Below, in pieces: positions 18,183 to 26,472 of a stretch of 40,093 nucleotides of DNA; position 1 is the stretch's first letter; every line of letters starts with the position of its first letter. Origin of the DNA: a virus; the UHGV virus genome UHGV-0382740. One strand, written 5' to 3'. A program made the translations under genes and the position numbers. A model generated the notes under the pieces. It saw nothing but the letters and a program-made list of their open reading frames with translations. It was not told where the DNA came from and did no database searches.

Positions 18183-18971
18183 TCATTCCGATGCTTCTCC
18201 CTTATGTATCTCTGCCAGGATCTCCCCAACAGCCTTTGCAAATTCACGTTTTAGGGCTGGGATGTTGTCAATCAACTCACCATTAGTTACCTTACGCTTG
18301 ATTCCTGTCCTTTTCCTATATTCGGACTCGTAATCCTCATAATTGACCTTATTTTTTCTTAATCTGGCCTTCACCACAACGTATGTGGCGCATCCAAAAT
18401 TTGTTGTATCTCCTCTGGCATCAATAAGCGGCTGTATAATTTCCTGTCTGGTCTTTCCCATCTCCGCCTCCTGGGCCATCCGGCGCCGCTCCATCTCCTT
18501 ACGGCTGTCCTCCTCCAGGTTAGAGAGGATAGGCTCAAACAATGATCGCAGTTTTTCATCTTCGGATATCACCTCCAGGCATGAGGCTTTCTCAGCCCCT
18601 GTAGCGTACTTATAATCCTTAATGGCCTGTTCCGATACAAAGCCATATACGTCACGCATTTTCCGATATATTCGGGTCAGAACATTGTTGAAATCTGAAT
18701 ACAGTTCCGGGTAGTCCTTAACCATCCTATCCACCCTGCGGCGTATCTCAATCTTCCAGGTATATGCTTCCGATATGGTTTCCTGTTTTCTGGGCTTATC
18801 ATCATCCCTTTCCAGAAGCTTAATAATTTTCTCCTGATTGTTCTGTACTGCCCGGAACTTAGCTTCCATAACGGTTATCATATCCGCTCTCAGTTCCGCA
18901 AATTTTCGGTCTATGTAAGACCGATCTAAAAACAATGCACTCCTCTCATTTGGTTTCCCCATATCAATCAT
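18183..18971 (-). CDS. Hypothetical protein, 262 aa.
   Basis: Large ORF translationally coupled to the DnaC-like gene. Confidence 0.35.
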   Translation of the reverse strand: MIDMGKPNERSALFLDRSYIDRKFAELRADMITVMEAKFRAVQNNQEKIIKLLERDDDKPRKQETISEAYTWKIEIRRRVDRMVKDYPELYSDFNNVLTRIYRKMRDVYGFVSEQAIKDYKYATGAEKASCLEVISEDEKLRSLFEPILSNLEEDSRKEMERRRMAQEAEMGKTRQEIIQPLIDARGDTTNFGCATYVVVKARLRKNKVNYEDYESEYRKRTGIKRKVTNGELIDNIPALKREFAKAVGEILAEIHKGEASE

Positions 18972-19819
18972 CTTCCTCTCATTCCGTCTATAAGCGCCTT
19001 CCTGTTCTGCTCCGCTATCAAGTCCCTAACCGATTCTTCTGGGAATGGCAGCTGGAAGGTACGCTCCTTAATTCTGTTTGTTATCCTGTCATCGTATCTC
19101 AAATCCTGTAGGCACAGATTACTGGTGTATATGGTAATCAGCTTGTCCTGATATCGGCCATTAATAATGCTATAAAATCGCTCTCCAATCCAGTCCTTTG
19201 GCAGCTCAGTGCCAAAATCATCTATCACCAGGACCTGGACCGTGGACAATGCCCTTAGTAGGTCGCTCTCACTTCTGTCTTTGTCATCCCATGTGGCCTT
19301 TATCTCGTTGATAATCTGCATGGAACCAGCAAACTTAACCTGCATCCTGTATGTACTGACCATCTCGTTTGCTATGCTTGCGGCCATCCGTGTCTTGCCT
19401 GACCCTTTAGTCCCGGAATATAAGTACAGCCCCATCCCGTCCTTACGCATACCTTCCAGGTTGTCCAGGTAATATTTTATGGCAGCGCATGTATTAGCAA
19501 TCGCCTTTCTGCTGCCCTCATTGCGGTATACATCCAGCCTGAAGGACCGTATATCCAGCGTCTTGAATGCCTCAGGGATGTTTGCGAACTCCAGCTTACG
19601 TTCCATAATCTGGCGCTCTACCAATCCACATCCACATCTCCGGCCATACTCAATGCCATTGTTATCTCGCCAGTATATCCAGCCGCTCCCATGACATACG
19701 GGGCAGATATCAGAAACCGGTAAATCCTTCTCCGGCTCCTTCGAGGTAGTCAGCATCGTACTTCTGCGTTCCCCCTGTATGCGGTTGACCATTTCCTGCA
19801 ACGGGTCCACCATTTCCAC
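18968..19819 (-). CDS. DnaC/IstB-like helicase loader ATPase, 283 aa.
   Basis: Walker A (GTKGSGKTRMA), Walker B (LVIDDFG), and an N-terminal Cys4 zinc finger. Confidence 0.75.
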   Translation of the reverse strand: MEMVDPLQEMVNRIQGERRSTMLTTSKEPEKDLPVSDICPVCHGSGWIYWRDNNGIEYGRRCGCGLVERQIMERKLEFANIPEAFKTLDIRSFRLDVYRNEGSRKAIANTCAAIKYYLDNLEGMRKDGMGLYLYSGTKGSGKTRMAASIANEMVSTYRMQVKFAGSMQIINEIKATWDDKDRSESDLLRALSTVQVLVIDDFGTELPKDWIGERFYSIINGRYQDKLITIYTSNLCLQDLRYDDRITNRIKERTFQLPFPEESVRDLIAEQNRKALIDGMRGR

Positions 19820-20498
19820 CTCCTACATAATTTGCATCCAGATAATCCACATATCCGCTGTTGAAGAACGTGCTTCCGTTCTGCGGTTTTCTCCAGGACG
19901 CATCCCGCCTAAGGTCATCCTTGTACCGTTCAATTGACCTCATAAGCTCATCCTTCCCAACCTTTAGAAGCTTCTGTTTCTGGGTATCGGATACTTGCCC
20001 TTTCCCCTTCTTGCATGGATACAATTTCCACAGGGTTTCAAACAAGGCAGATGCCTGCTGTTTCCTGTCATCGGATGCACTATATATATTATCTTCTTTC
20101 TTTATTTCTTTATTTCTTTCTTCTATTGTTGTCGTTCGTTTGTCGTTAGAATGTCGCTCGCCTGTCGCCTGGGTGTCATCCTGCCTGTCATCTGACTGAT
20201 ACAAATCATAGTTTTTTATTGTAAATACGCTATATTTGTTTGTCGCCTTGCTTGTCACTTCGCCTGTCGTTTTTAGGTGGGAAATTCCGGTCCTAACCTC
20301 CCGTTCTGTAAGCCCTGTCTCATATGCAAGGTTCTTGATAGACGATACAAAGGAACCACGCGGAACCGTTGTGCCCATGAATTTTCCATCCTTCCAGTTG
20401 GCCTTAAGGAGCATATGGATGAACAGCACCTTCGTGTTGATATCCTGATACCATCCCCAATCCAGAAACTTACGAAACAGTTTGATGTGTCCATCCAT
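19710..20498 (-). CDS. Replisome organiser / DnaD-like replication initiator, 262 aa.
   Basis: The N-terminal domain (IKLFRKFLDWGWYQDINTKVLFIHMLLKANW) is typical of phage replisome organisers. Iterons are embedded in its linker region. Confidence 0.6.
   Translation of the reverse strand: MDGHIKLFRKFLDWGWYQDINTKVLFIHMLLKANWKDGKFMGTTVPRGSFVSSIKNLAYETGLTEREVRTGISHLKTTGEVTSKATNKYSVFTIKNYDLYQSDDRQDDTQATGERHSNDKRTTTIEERNKEIKKEDNIYSASDDRKQQASALFETLWKLYPCKKGKGQVSDTQKQKLLKVGKDELMRSIERYKDDLRRDASWRKPQNGSTFFNSGYVDYLDANYVGGGNGGPVAGNGQPHTGGTQKYDADYLEGAGEGFTGF
20086..20195. repeat. Putative origin of replication: six 11-bp-spaced TGTC(G) iterons at 20130..20189, plus an adjacent polypyrimidine AT-rich tract at 20086..20127.
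   Basis: TGTC recurs at 20130, 20141, 20152, 20163, 20174 and 20186. Confidence 0.5.
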
Positions 20499-20512
20499 AC
20501 ATGATTCCCTCC

Positions 20513-20902
20513 TTAAAGCTCCTCTATCGTCACTTCAATGCGAGGCACCCCGGATGTGTATTCAAACTCGTGTGTGGTGTTCTTCATATGGGACGGGTCA
20601 TCATCACTCAGAACTCCGCATTTCACCAGGGCATCCTCAATCACCTTGTCCGCAAAGGAAAAGACATTCATCACGTCACGCCTACGTCCTTTTGCTGGCT
20701 CATAGAAACTGTAATGGAGGATGACCGGACCATTGGCCTTATACCGCTTCAAATCCCTCCTGATGGCATTGCTGGCAACCATCATATAATCACGTTTAAG
20801 CCGGCCGCCTGCATGTGGGTTCCTCCCAAGCTCCGCTATGTACTCATTCAGACCCGGAAATGTCCTGTCCTTGTAATAAGTTCCTGAAATAATGAATTTC
20901 AT
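20513..20902 (-). CDS. RusA-like Holliday junction resolvase, 129 aa.
   Basis: DVMNVFSFADKVIEDALVKCGVLSDDDPSHM resembles the RusA catalytic acidic motif. Size and synteny fit. Confidence 0.55.
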   Translation of the reverse strand: MKFIISGTYYKDRTFPGLNEYIAELGRNPHAGGRLKRDYMMVASNAIRRDLKRYKANGPVILHYSFYEPAKGRRRDVMNVFSFADKVIEDALVKCGVLSDDDPSHMKNTTHEFEYTSGVPRIEVTIEEL

Positions 20903-21186
20903 AGATAGCTCTCCCCATATCTTCTCCGAAAATTTTCACGGTTCCCAATATATGCCTCATAGGCAAGCTGCCCCATCATCTTCGACATCTTCTCAGCCTT
21001 TGGGTTCCCATGGATTTTCTCAGTATTCCTACCCAAGGTATGACAGTCTGCACAGCAAGGGACTATCAATCCATCTTCATCCGCTAACTTCCTGCGGCCA
21101 TTCCCATAAATGAGATGATGTTCTATATTTGTTGGCTTACCACAAAAAATGCAAATGTTATTATACTCCGTCACAATCCCTGGCAC
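20899..21186 (-). CDS. HNH endonuclease, 95 aa.
   Basis: CIFCGKPTNIEHHLIYGNG...CCADCH is an HNH zinc motif. Confidence 0.6.
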   Translation of the reverse strand: MPGIVTEYNNICIFCGKPTNIEHHLIYGNGRRKLADEDGLIVPCCADCHTLGRNTEKIHGNPKAEKMSKMMGQLAYEAYIGNRENFRRRYGESYL

Positions 21187-21187
21187 T

Positions 21188-21985
21188 TTACACCTCCGTC
21201 ATAAGCTCAGAATAATGGATGGGGTGTGTGAGCACCTTTGTATGCTTACAGTAATCACACATCTCACACCGCAAAGGCTCAAACTCACCGGCCTTCAATG
21301 CATTGATTTTTGCAACATTGCTCTGCACCTCAATTAATTTTTCCTGCAGGTGTGCATCATCAATCCCAATGATTTCTATATCAGGCTCCTTCTCTTTACT
21401 TGCCACGGCAATGAAGAACGGCAATGTCTTGCCTGTGTTCTGGCGGACAATCTCCTGATACACGGCGCCTTGGATGTCATAACCCCAGTACTGAACAAAA
21501 TCCATGTATCCTACATCACGTACCCAGAATGTATCGCGGATGGACTTCATGACTTTCAGGTCCACGATGCATACATCCGGGATGAAGCTGTCCAGTTTGA
21601 CCTTCCAGAGCGTCCCACCTATCTCCCCGGTCATGATGACCTGCTTCTGGCCCCCCATGTACTTCATGAAATATTCATCCCGTTCTATCCGGTTGATGAT
21701 TTCCTCCGCATGACGGTATTCCGTCTTTAGCACACCCTGTTTCGTGAAGATTTCTGGATTCTGGGCCTTAAAGAGGTTGAGTGTCCCCTCAAAGTGGGCA
21801 TCCACATACGCCCCGACCATAAGTGCCACGGTCTTCTCCATCTCCCATTCCCCACGTAATTTCGCAAGGGCCTGGGCCTCGCATGGGATTTTACCCATGC
21901 TGCCACAGAATTCCTTATATTGGCTGACCGACATGTAAGCCTGGTTGGCCTCCTGGCTGTAATAGTTCTCTGCTGTCAATATCAT
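21188..21985 (-). CDS. PD-(D/E)XK (Cas4/RecB-like) exonuclease with a C-terminal Cys cluster, 265 aa.
   Basis: DLKVMK matches the D-x-K motif. CEMCDYC at the C-terminus is Fe-S-like, as in Cas4. Confidence 0.6.
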   Translation of the reverse strand: MILTAENYYSQEANQAYMSVSQYKEFCGSMGKIPCEAQALAKLRGEWEMEKTVALMVGAYVDAHFEGTLNLFKAQNPEIFTKQGVLKTEYRHAEEIINRIERDEYFMKYMGGQKQVIMTGEIGGTLWKVKLDSFIPDVCIVDLKVMKSIRDTFWVRDVGYMDFVQYWGYDIQGAVYQEIVRQNTGKTLPFFIAVASKEKEPDIEIIGIDDAHLQEKLIEVQSNVAKINALKAGEFEPLRCEMCDYCKHTKVLTHPIHYSELMTEV

Positions 21986-22632
21986 TTAAAGCGCTCCTCT
22001 CCTTCTGGTGGTATGAAGGGGTCAACCATGGCAGGCTTATCCCCTTTCGTCATGTCATCTGCTTCCCCTTCAACGTGACACCCCATAAGGGCATTCGGAA
22101 TATATACCCTGGCAAAGAAGGCAGCCGCACGATAGGCAAGCATCTGCTTAGGCATGGTCTTCCATTTGCTCCCGGGCTTTCCGTACCATTCCTCAGCCTT
22201 CGCCATCTGTATGGTCACCTCTGTCCCGTTGATGATTTCCCCTGTCTTCCTGTCCTCCGCCTGGATATAGCATCCCCAGGTATCTGTATATGGTTCACCC
22301 GTGTATACAGGACGTGCGTCTTTGAATTCATGGCAGGCCCTTATCATGCTCATGCAGGCCTGTCCGCTCCACGATGGTTTCCCTTTCACTACATACAGGT
22401 TCTGCATCACGAACATGGGGTTGACATTCATCCTGTTCGCCATGTCAACAGCAATTGTACAATCCATTGGCTTCCCTTGATATGCTGCCGGAACAAGGGA
22501 TGAAGACGCGAACATCTTCCCTATGTCATATAATTTCTGGAAACTCTGTGAGTTTGAAAACGGTGTTGCCACCTCATGCTTCTGGTCATTCACCACTATT
22601 TCTTCCATTGTCATCCTCCTACAATTCCACAA
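21982..22632 (-). CDS. RecT/Redbeta-like single-strand annealing protein, 216 aa.
   Basis: Synteny between the ATPase and the exonuclease. Weak RecT-like conserved stretches. Confidence 0.5.
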   Translation of the reverse strand: MWNCRRMTMEEIVVNDQKHEVATPFSNSQSFQKLYDIGKMFASSSLVPAAYQGKPMDCTIAVDMANRMNVNPMFVMQNLYVVKGKPSWSGQACMSMIRACHEFKDARPVYTGEPYTDTWGCYIQAEDRKTGEIINGTEVTIQMAKAEEWYGKPGSKWKTMPKQMLAYRAAAFFARVYIPNALMGCHVEGEADDMTKGDKPAMVDPFIPPEGEERFK

Positions 22633-24058
22633 CAGTCAAATCCGCATCATCAGTTGTGCGTGTTGCGATAAACTGCAGCCCCTTGTCCTTACACTTGCGG
22701 TAAAGTTCATTCCGCATGTCGGTTGACAGCTTTTCCACCCCGTCAATCAGTATGATTTGCAGACCATTCGGTTTCTGTATTGCCACATCAATGCACAGGT
22801 CCAGTTTTTCTCCATCAGACAGGTTACTGATGGGAAGCCCGTGAATTAACGGGATTCCATTCTTGACCGTAAGCCCATCAATCGGTATCCTGGCCTCCTG
22901 CAGGATTTCCCCAGGAAGGGACCTGGCCTTCTCAATCCTATCCGTCAGGGACTTTGCTTCTTCTGACAGCTTCGACACCTCCCCCTGGAGGGATTCCATG
23001 CGGCGGTATTCATTCAGGTGGCCTTTCATCTGCTCAGCATACTCTGCCTTTTCCATCAGCTCCGTGGTACTTCCGGGCTCCTTAGTGGCATACTCTTCGT
23101 ACTGTGACAGCTCTGCATCATATTTTGATACATTGGCTTTATATGTCTGTTCAGCCAAATCAATCTTGTCCTGTTTCTTTTCCCCAAGACCGGACAGCTC
23201 TTTTTTGCAAGAGCGTATCTGTTCCTCCAGTGAGGCAATCTGTTCCTTGAGCCCAGTCTCACGCCGTGCAAACTCCTTCTCGATGGCAGATATCTCAATT
23301 TCCCGGTCAGCTTCATAAGCCCTCAGTTTGTTGCTCCTGTTCTCCAGCATCCTTTTTGCCTTGTCTATGGTCTCATTATCCTTACGGATTTTTTCAATCT
23401 CCCGGTAGAGCTCCCCAACATTCTCGCGTTCCCAGCGGTCCGCCTCGTATCCTGCCGGGATTGTATCGGAAATATCCGCGATGAAAGCCCTCTTATTCCT
23501 TATGTCCCGGTTAATATCCTGCCGGTGCTGGAAGTACCATCCATTTTCCGCCTGGATGTCGTTGAGTACCTGGAGAATGTTCTGGTCATAGGAAACCCAG
23601 TCAGGTATCTCACCAAACCATTCCCGTATCTTGTTCATGTCCCATGGGTACTCAATCATATCCAGAATGATGGCGTTCTGCTGTTTCCTATCCATCTCCA
23701 TGAATTCAACCGGAGAAAGCTGAAGGGGGGTAAAGATGTCCCGCAGAAAAGTCTCCGGGCTTCCTACCTCATAGCCGTCTTTCTTCACACTCTTATAATC
23801 TGCCTGTGCGGTACGGGCTTTACGGTTAATCCGTATACCATCGTCAGTCTCAATGAGGATTTCCCCCTCAGTTTCTCCGTCCCTTACTATGTAGTCACGG
23901 CCAGATTTGTTCGTGAGACCGTACCGGATTGCGTCAATCACGGAAGTCTTACCAGCTCCATTCCTTCCATCCAGTTCAACGCTCTGTCCATTGGCCTCGT
24001 ACTCCTTTATCCCAAATAAGTTCTTAATCTTGATTTTTGATATCCTCATGCTTGCCAT
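22619..24058 (-). CDS. SbcC/SMC-like AAA ATPase, 479 aa.
   Basis: N-terminal Walker A (GRNGAGKTSVIDAIRYGL), a long coiled coil, and C-terminal LQIILIDGVEKL (Walker B / D-loop). Confidence 0.7.
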   Translation of the reverse strand: MASMRISKIKIKNLFGIKEYEANGQSVELDGRNGAGKTSVIDAIRYGLTNKSGRDYIVRDGETEGEILIETDDGIRINRKARTAQADYKSVKKDGYEVGSPETFLRDIFTPLQLSPVEFMEMDRKQQNAIILDMIEYPWDMNKIREWFGEIPDWVSYDQNILQVLNDIQAENGWYFQHRQDINRDIRNKRAFIADISDTIPAGYEADRWERENVGELYREIEKIRKDNETIDKAKRMLENRSNKLRAYEADREIEISAIEKEFARRETGLKEQIASLEEQIRSCKKELSGLGEKKQDKIDLAEQTYKANVSKYDAELSQYEEYATKEPGSTTELMEKAEYAEQMKGHLNEYRRMESLQGEVSKLSEEAKSLTDRIEKARSLPGEILQEARIPIDGLTVKNGIPLIHGLPISNLSDGEKLDLCIDVAIQKPNGLQIILIDGVEKLSTDMRNELYRKCKDKGLQFIATRTTDDADLTVVEL

Positions 24059-24169
24059 TCCTCCGGTTCTCCTTTATAATAAGGTTGTGATGTTTTATCA
24101 TACTGGCCGACCGGAGTTCGCACCTCCCTCGGCCTTTTTCTTGCCTTTCCGTTTCCCCACCCATAGGGA

Positions 24170-24478
24170 TTAAGCCCCAGGGCTGCTGCCGCACGGTTTG
24201 TCCCATTTCTGTGTCTGCTCATCCTGCACCTCCACCATGTTGTAATTAATATAGGTAATAACCTTACCATTTTGGCTTTTACCCTTGGTGATACTAACGG
24301 CATACCCAGCCTTGACCAGATATTTTGCCATATCAAGCTGCTCCTGTGAGTTGAGTTTGCTCCCGGGTATTAATATCTTCACTATGCTCACCCCCTTCAT
24401 ATAGGTATGTACCCGGTCCAGGTAAGGACCAGAAGCGTAACCGTCACTGCCAGCATGACCGCCAGGGCCATCCTCCAA
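24170..24478 (-). CDS. Hypothetical protein. The real start is probably internal, near VKILIPGSK.
   Basis: Its composition is more protein-like than that of the overlapping 24046..24336 frame. Confidence 0.3.
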   Translation of the reverse strand: MEDGPGGHAGSDGYASGPYLDRVHTYMKGVSIVKILIPGSKLNSQEQLDMAKYLVKAGYAVSITKGKSQNGKVITYINYNMVEVQDEQTQKWDKPCGSSPGA

Positions 24479-24648
24479 TGCTCTGACTCCATCTGCTTCC
24501 TCCGCTCCTCATCCAGCCCTCCGGCCAGCCAGATGTTGGCCTGTGTAAGTTCTGTGGTTAGATCATGATTATTCCGGGCCGGGTCTGTCGTGAGGGGCAT
24601 GTACTGGATATCTGCTTTACTCATTAGCATTTGCCCCCTTCTCTCCAT
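24397..24648 (-). CDS. Small membrane protein, 83 aa.
   Basis: C-terminal hydrophobic helix (LAVMLAVTVTLLVLTW). Confidence 0.3.
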   Translation of the reverse strand: MERRGQMLMSKADIQYMPLTTDPARNNHDLTTELTQANIWLAGGLDEERRKQMESEHWRMALAVMLAVTVTLLVLTWTGYIPI

Positions 24649-24814
24649 TTAAAAAAAGATCAAGATCCTCCATGTTGATCAGCTTTTTAGATCCAGCCGG
24701 TATCCACTTCACCAGGTTATGGTCTAACCAATATGATACTGTATAATAAGTAAAACCAAATTTCTTGCATACCTCAGTAATAGTGCAATAATTTGGTACC
24801 TGTATCGTTACCAT
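24617..24814 (-). CDS. Small HTH DNA-binding protein, excisionase- or MerR-like, 65 aa.
   Basis: CTITEVCKKFGFTYYTVSYWLDHNLV is an HTH. Confidence 0.4.
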   Translation of the reverse strand: MVTIQVPNYCTITEVCKKFGFTYYTVSYWLDHNLVKWIPAGSKKLINMEDLDLFLNGEKGANANE

Positions 24815-24900
24815 AAATCACCCCTCCTTTCCATCCCCTCCCTATTGACATCTTATGTTGAAGGGAGTACAATTACAGCACGCAGAGCAAACATACGTTC

Positions 24901-25089
24901 TTATTCTTTCAAAAAATAATCAAGCGGAACACCAAAGTAATCAGCAAGGATTTGAAGCTTATCAACTTTTGGTTTGCTTACGCCTCGTTTCCAATCGGAT
25001 AAAGATGATTGGGCGATACCTGTAGCAAGAGACACTTTGTAAGATGTGAGATTTCTTTCAGAAAGCAATCTCTCAAATTTTTCATACAA
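24901..25089 (-). CDS. Cro-like XRE-family regulator, 62 aa.
   Basis: HTH (LTSYKVSLATGIAQSSLSDWKRG), divergent from the CI-like gene. Confidence 0.6.
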   Translation of the reverse strand: MYEKFERLLSERNLTSYKVSLATGIAQSSLSDWKRGVSKPKVDKLQILADYFGVPLDYFLKE

Positions 25090-25319
25090 AAAAATACACC
25101 ACCTTTCCTTTTAGTATTGTATTTACTTCGGAGATATGATATACTTTATTTGTCGAATGAAGTATATCAATTTAATAAAGCATCTTTCATACGAAGCGTT
25201 TTTTATTTTTGATTCGTTCTTCCGAAGCATGTCTATACTATAGCACTTACGGCAGAATCAGTCAAGGTTTTTTAAAACGTTTCTGCGAAGTATTGCTTTT
25301 TTGTGAAAGGTGAATAAAA
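25090..25319. promoter_or_regulatory. Lysis/lysogeny switch region with candidate operators.
   Basis: 10-bp inverted repeat TGATATACTT at 25137..25146, matched by AAGTATATCA at 25160..25169. Four copies of a CGAAG(Y) motif at 25126 (inverted), 25192, 25223 and 25286. Candidate -35 TTGATT and -10 TATACT for the CI-like gene. Confidence 0.45.
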
Positions 25320-25655
25320 ATGTATGAAATATTTGAGCAACTTTTACAGAAATACAATATCACTGCATACAAATTTTGCAAAGAGACTGGCATATCTCAA
25401 TCCACTATCAGCACATGGAAAAGCAAAAAAAATTTAGTCAGCCCAGAGATAGGCAAAAGAGTAGCTGATTATTTTGGGGTGTCCCTTGACTATTTAATGA
25501 CCGGAAAAGAGGAGCCAGAAGAAAAGAAAAATCCTTATAGCGATTTGAAGGGCATATACCTGTCCTACGCCAAGGAAGCCCAAGACAGCGGAATCGACCC
25601 GGACGATATTCGTCTCGCTCTTGATACTATAAGGAGGTTAAGGGGAGAGAAATAG
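25320..25655 (+). CDS. CI-like XRE-family repressor, 111 aa.
   Basis: N-terminal HTH (ITAYKFCKETGISQSTISTWKSKKN). Paired with an ImmA-like peptidase. Confidence 0.6.
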   Translation: MYEIFEQLLQKYNITAYKFCKETGISQSTISTWKSKKNLVSPEIGKRVADYFGVSLDYLMTGKEEPEEKKNPYSDLKGIYLSYAKEAQDSGIDPDDIRLALDTIRRLRGEK

Positions 25656-25657
25656 GA

Positions 25658-26347
25658 TTGGATCTGAATTACAAATTTGAACTATACAAAAATGTTATAC
25701 GGATCAAACGTTTTATGGGATTCAAAGATTTCCAATGTGGAATAAACCTTGTAAAAACATTTGAATCTACTGGTGTAAAAATGGAAGCGCTACCTTTTAG
25801 AACACCTGGTTTGCGTGGTATGGCAGCAATTGGAAAAAAGCCACATCCAGATGTAATACTACTAAACAGCGCACGAACATTCAGAGAGCAAAATTTTGAT
25901 TGTGGACATGAAGCAATGCATCTAGCATTGCATCGGCATACAGGACGATCTACATTCAATTGTTTTAATGAAGTGGCGGCACCCAATCAGGATCCGTTCC
26001 TTGAATGGCAAGCAAATGAAGGAGCAGCGGAATTTCTTATGCCATTTAGGGAGTTTATACCAATGCTATACGATCTAGTCGGAAAACATCCTGATCAGGT
26101 AGCTATAGAAGATTTTGTCAATATAGCTTGTGATACATACCTTGTTCCTAAAGCAGCAGTGAAATATAGGATAGAAAACCTAAAATACGAAATCCTACAA
26201 TACTATGCTGGAATAAAGCTGGAAGATATAAAAATTTTGTCAAAAAAACAGCAAGAAAAACAAGGATTGCGTTCGGAATCTTTCATTGATATATTTGATC
26301 ATATAAATGAAAAAAGCCACCCCTGTAGGCGCAGGAATGACTTTTAA
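25658..26347 (+). CDS. ImmA/IrrE-family metallopeptidase (anti-repressor protease), 229 aa.
   Basis: HEAMH is an HExxH motif. Position immediately downstream of the repressor. Confidence 0.65.
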   Translation: MDLNYKFELYKNVIRIKRFMGFKDFQCGINLVKTFESTGVKMEALPFRTPGLRGMAAIGKKPHPDVILLNSARTFREQNFDCGHEAMHLALHRHTGRSTFNCFNEVAAPNQDPFLEWQANEGAAEFLMPFREFIPMLYDLVGKHPDQVAIEDFVNIACDTYLVPKAAVKYRIENLKYEILQYYAGIKLEDIKILSKKQQEKQGLRSESFIDIFDHINEKSHPCRRRNDF

Positions 26348-26472
26348 CATAATTCTCTTACTGGGTTTGCTTCCAAAAGATATATTTTGCTTCGCAACCA
26401 AATTATATCATCTCTGGAGCATCCTGGCAAGGGGTGTATTTTTTATGCCGATTTTCAAGGAGGAATGATATA

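Noticed and set aside
24046-24336. A 96-aa minus-strand ORF overlapping both the ATPase start and the 24170..24478 ORF.
   Set aside because: Its Arg/Trp-rich composition suggests an out-of-frame artefact. The alternative frame gives a more protein-like sequence.
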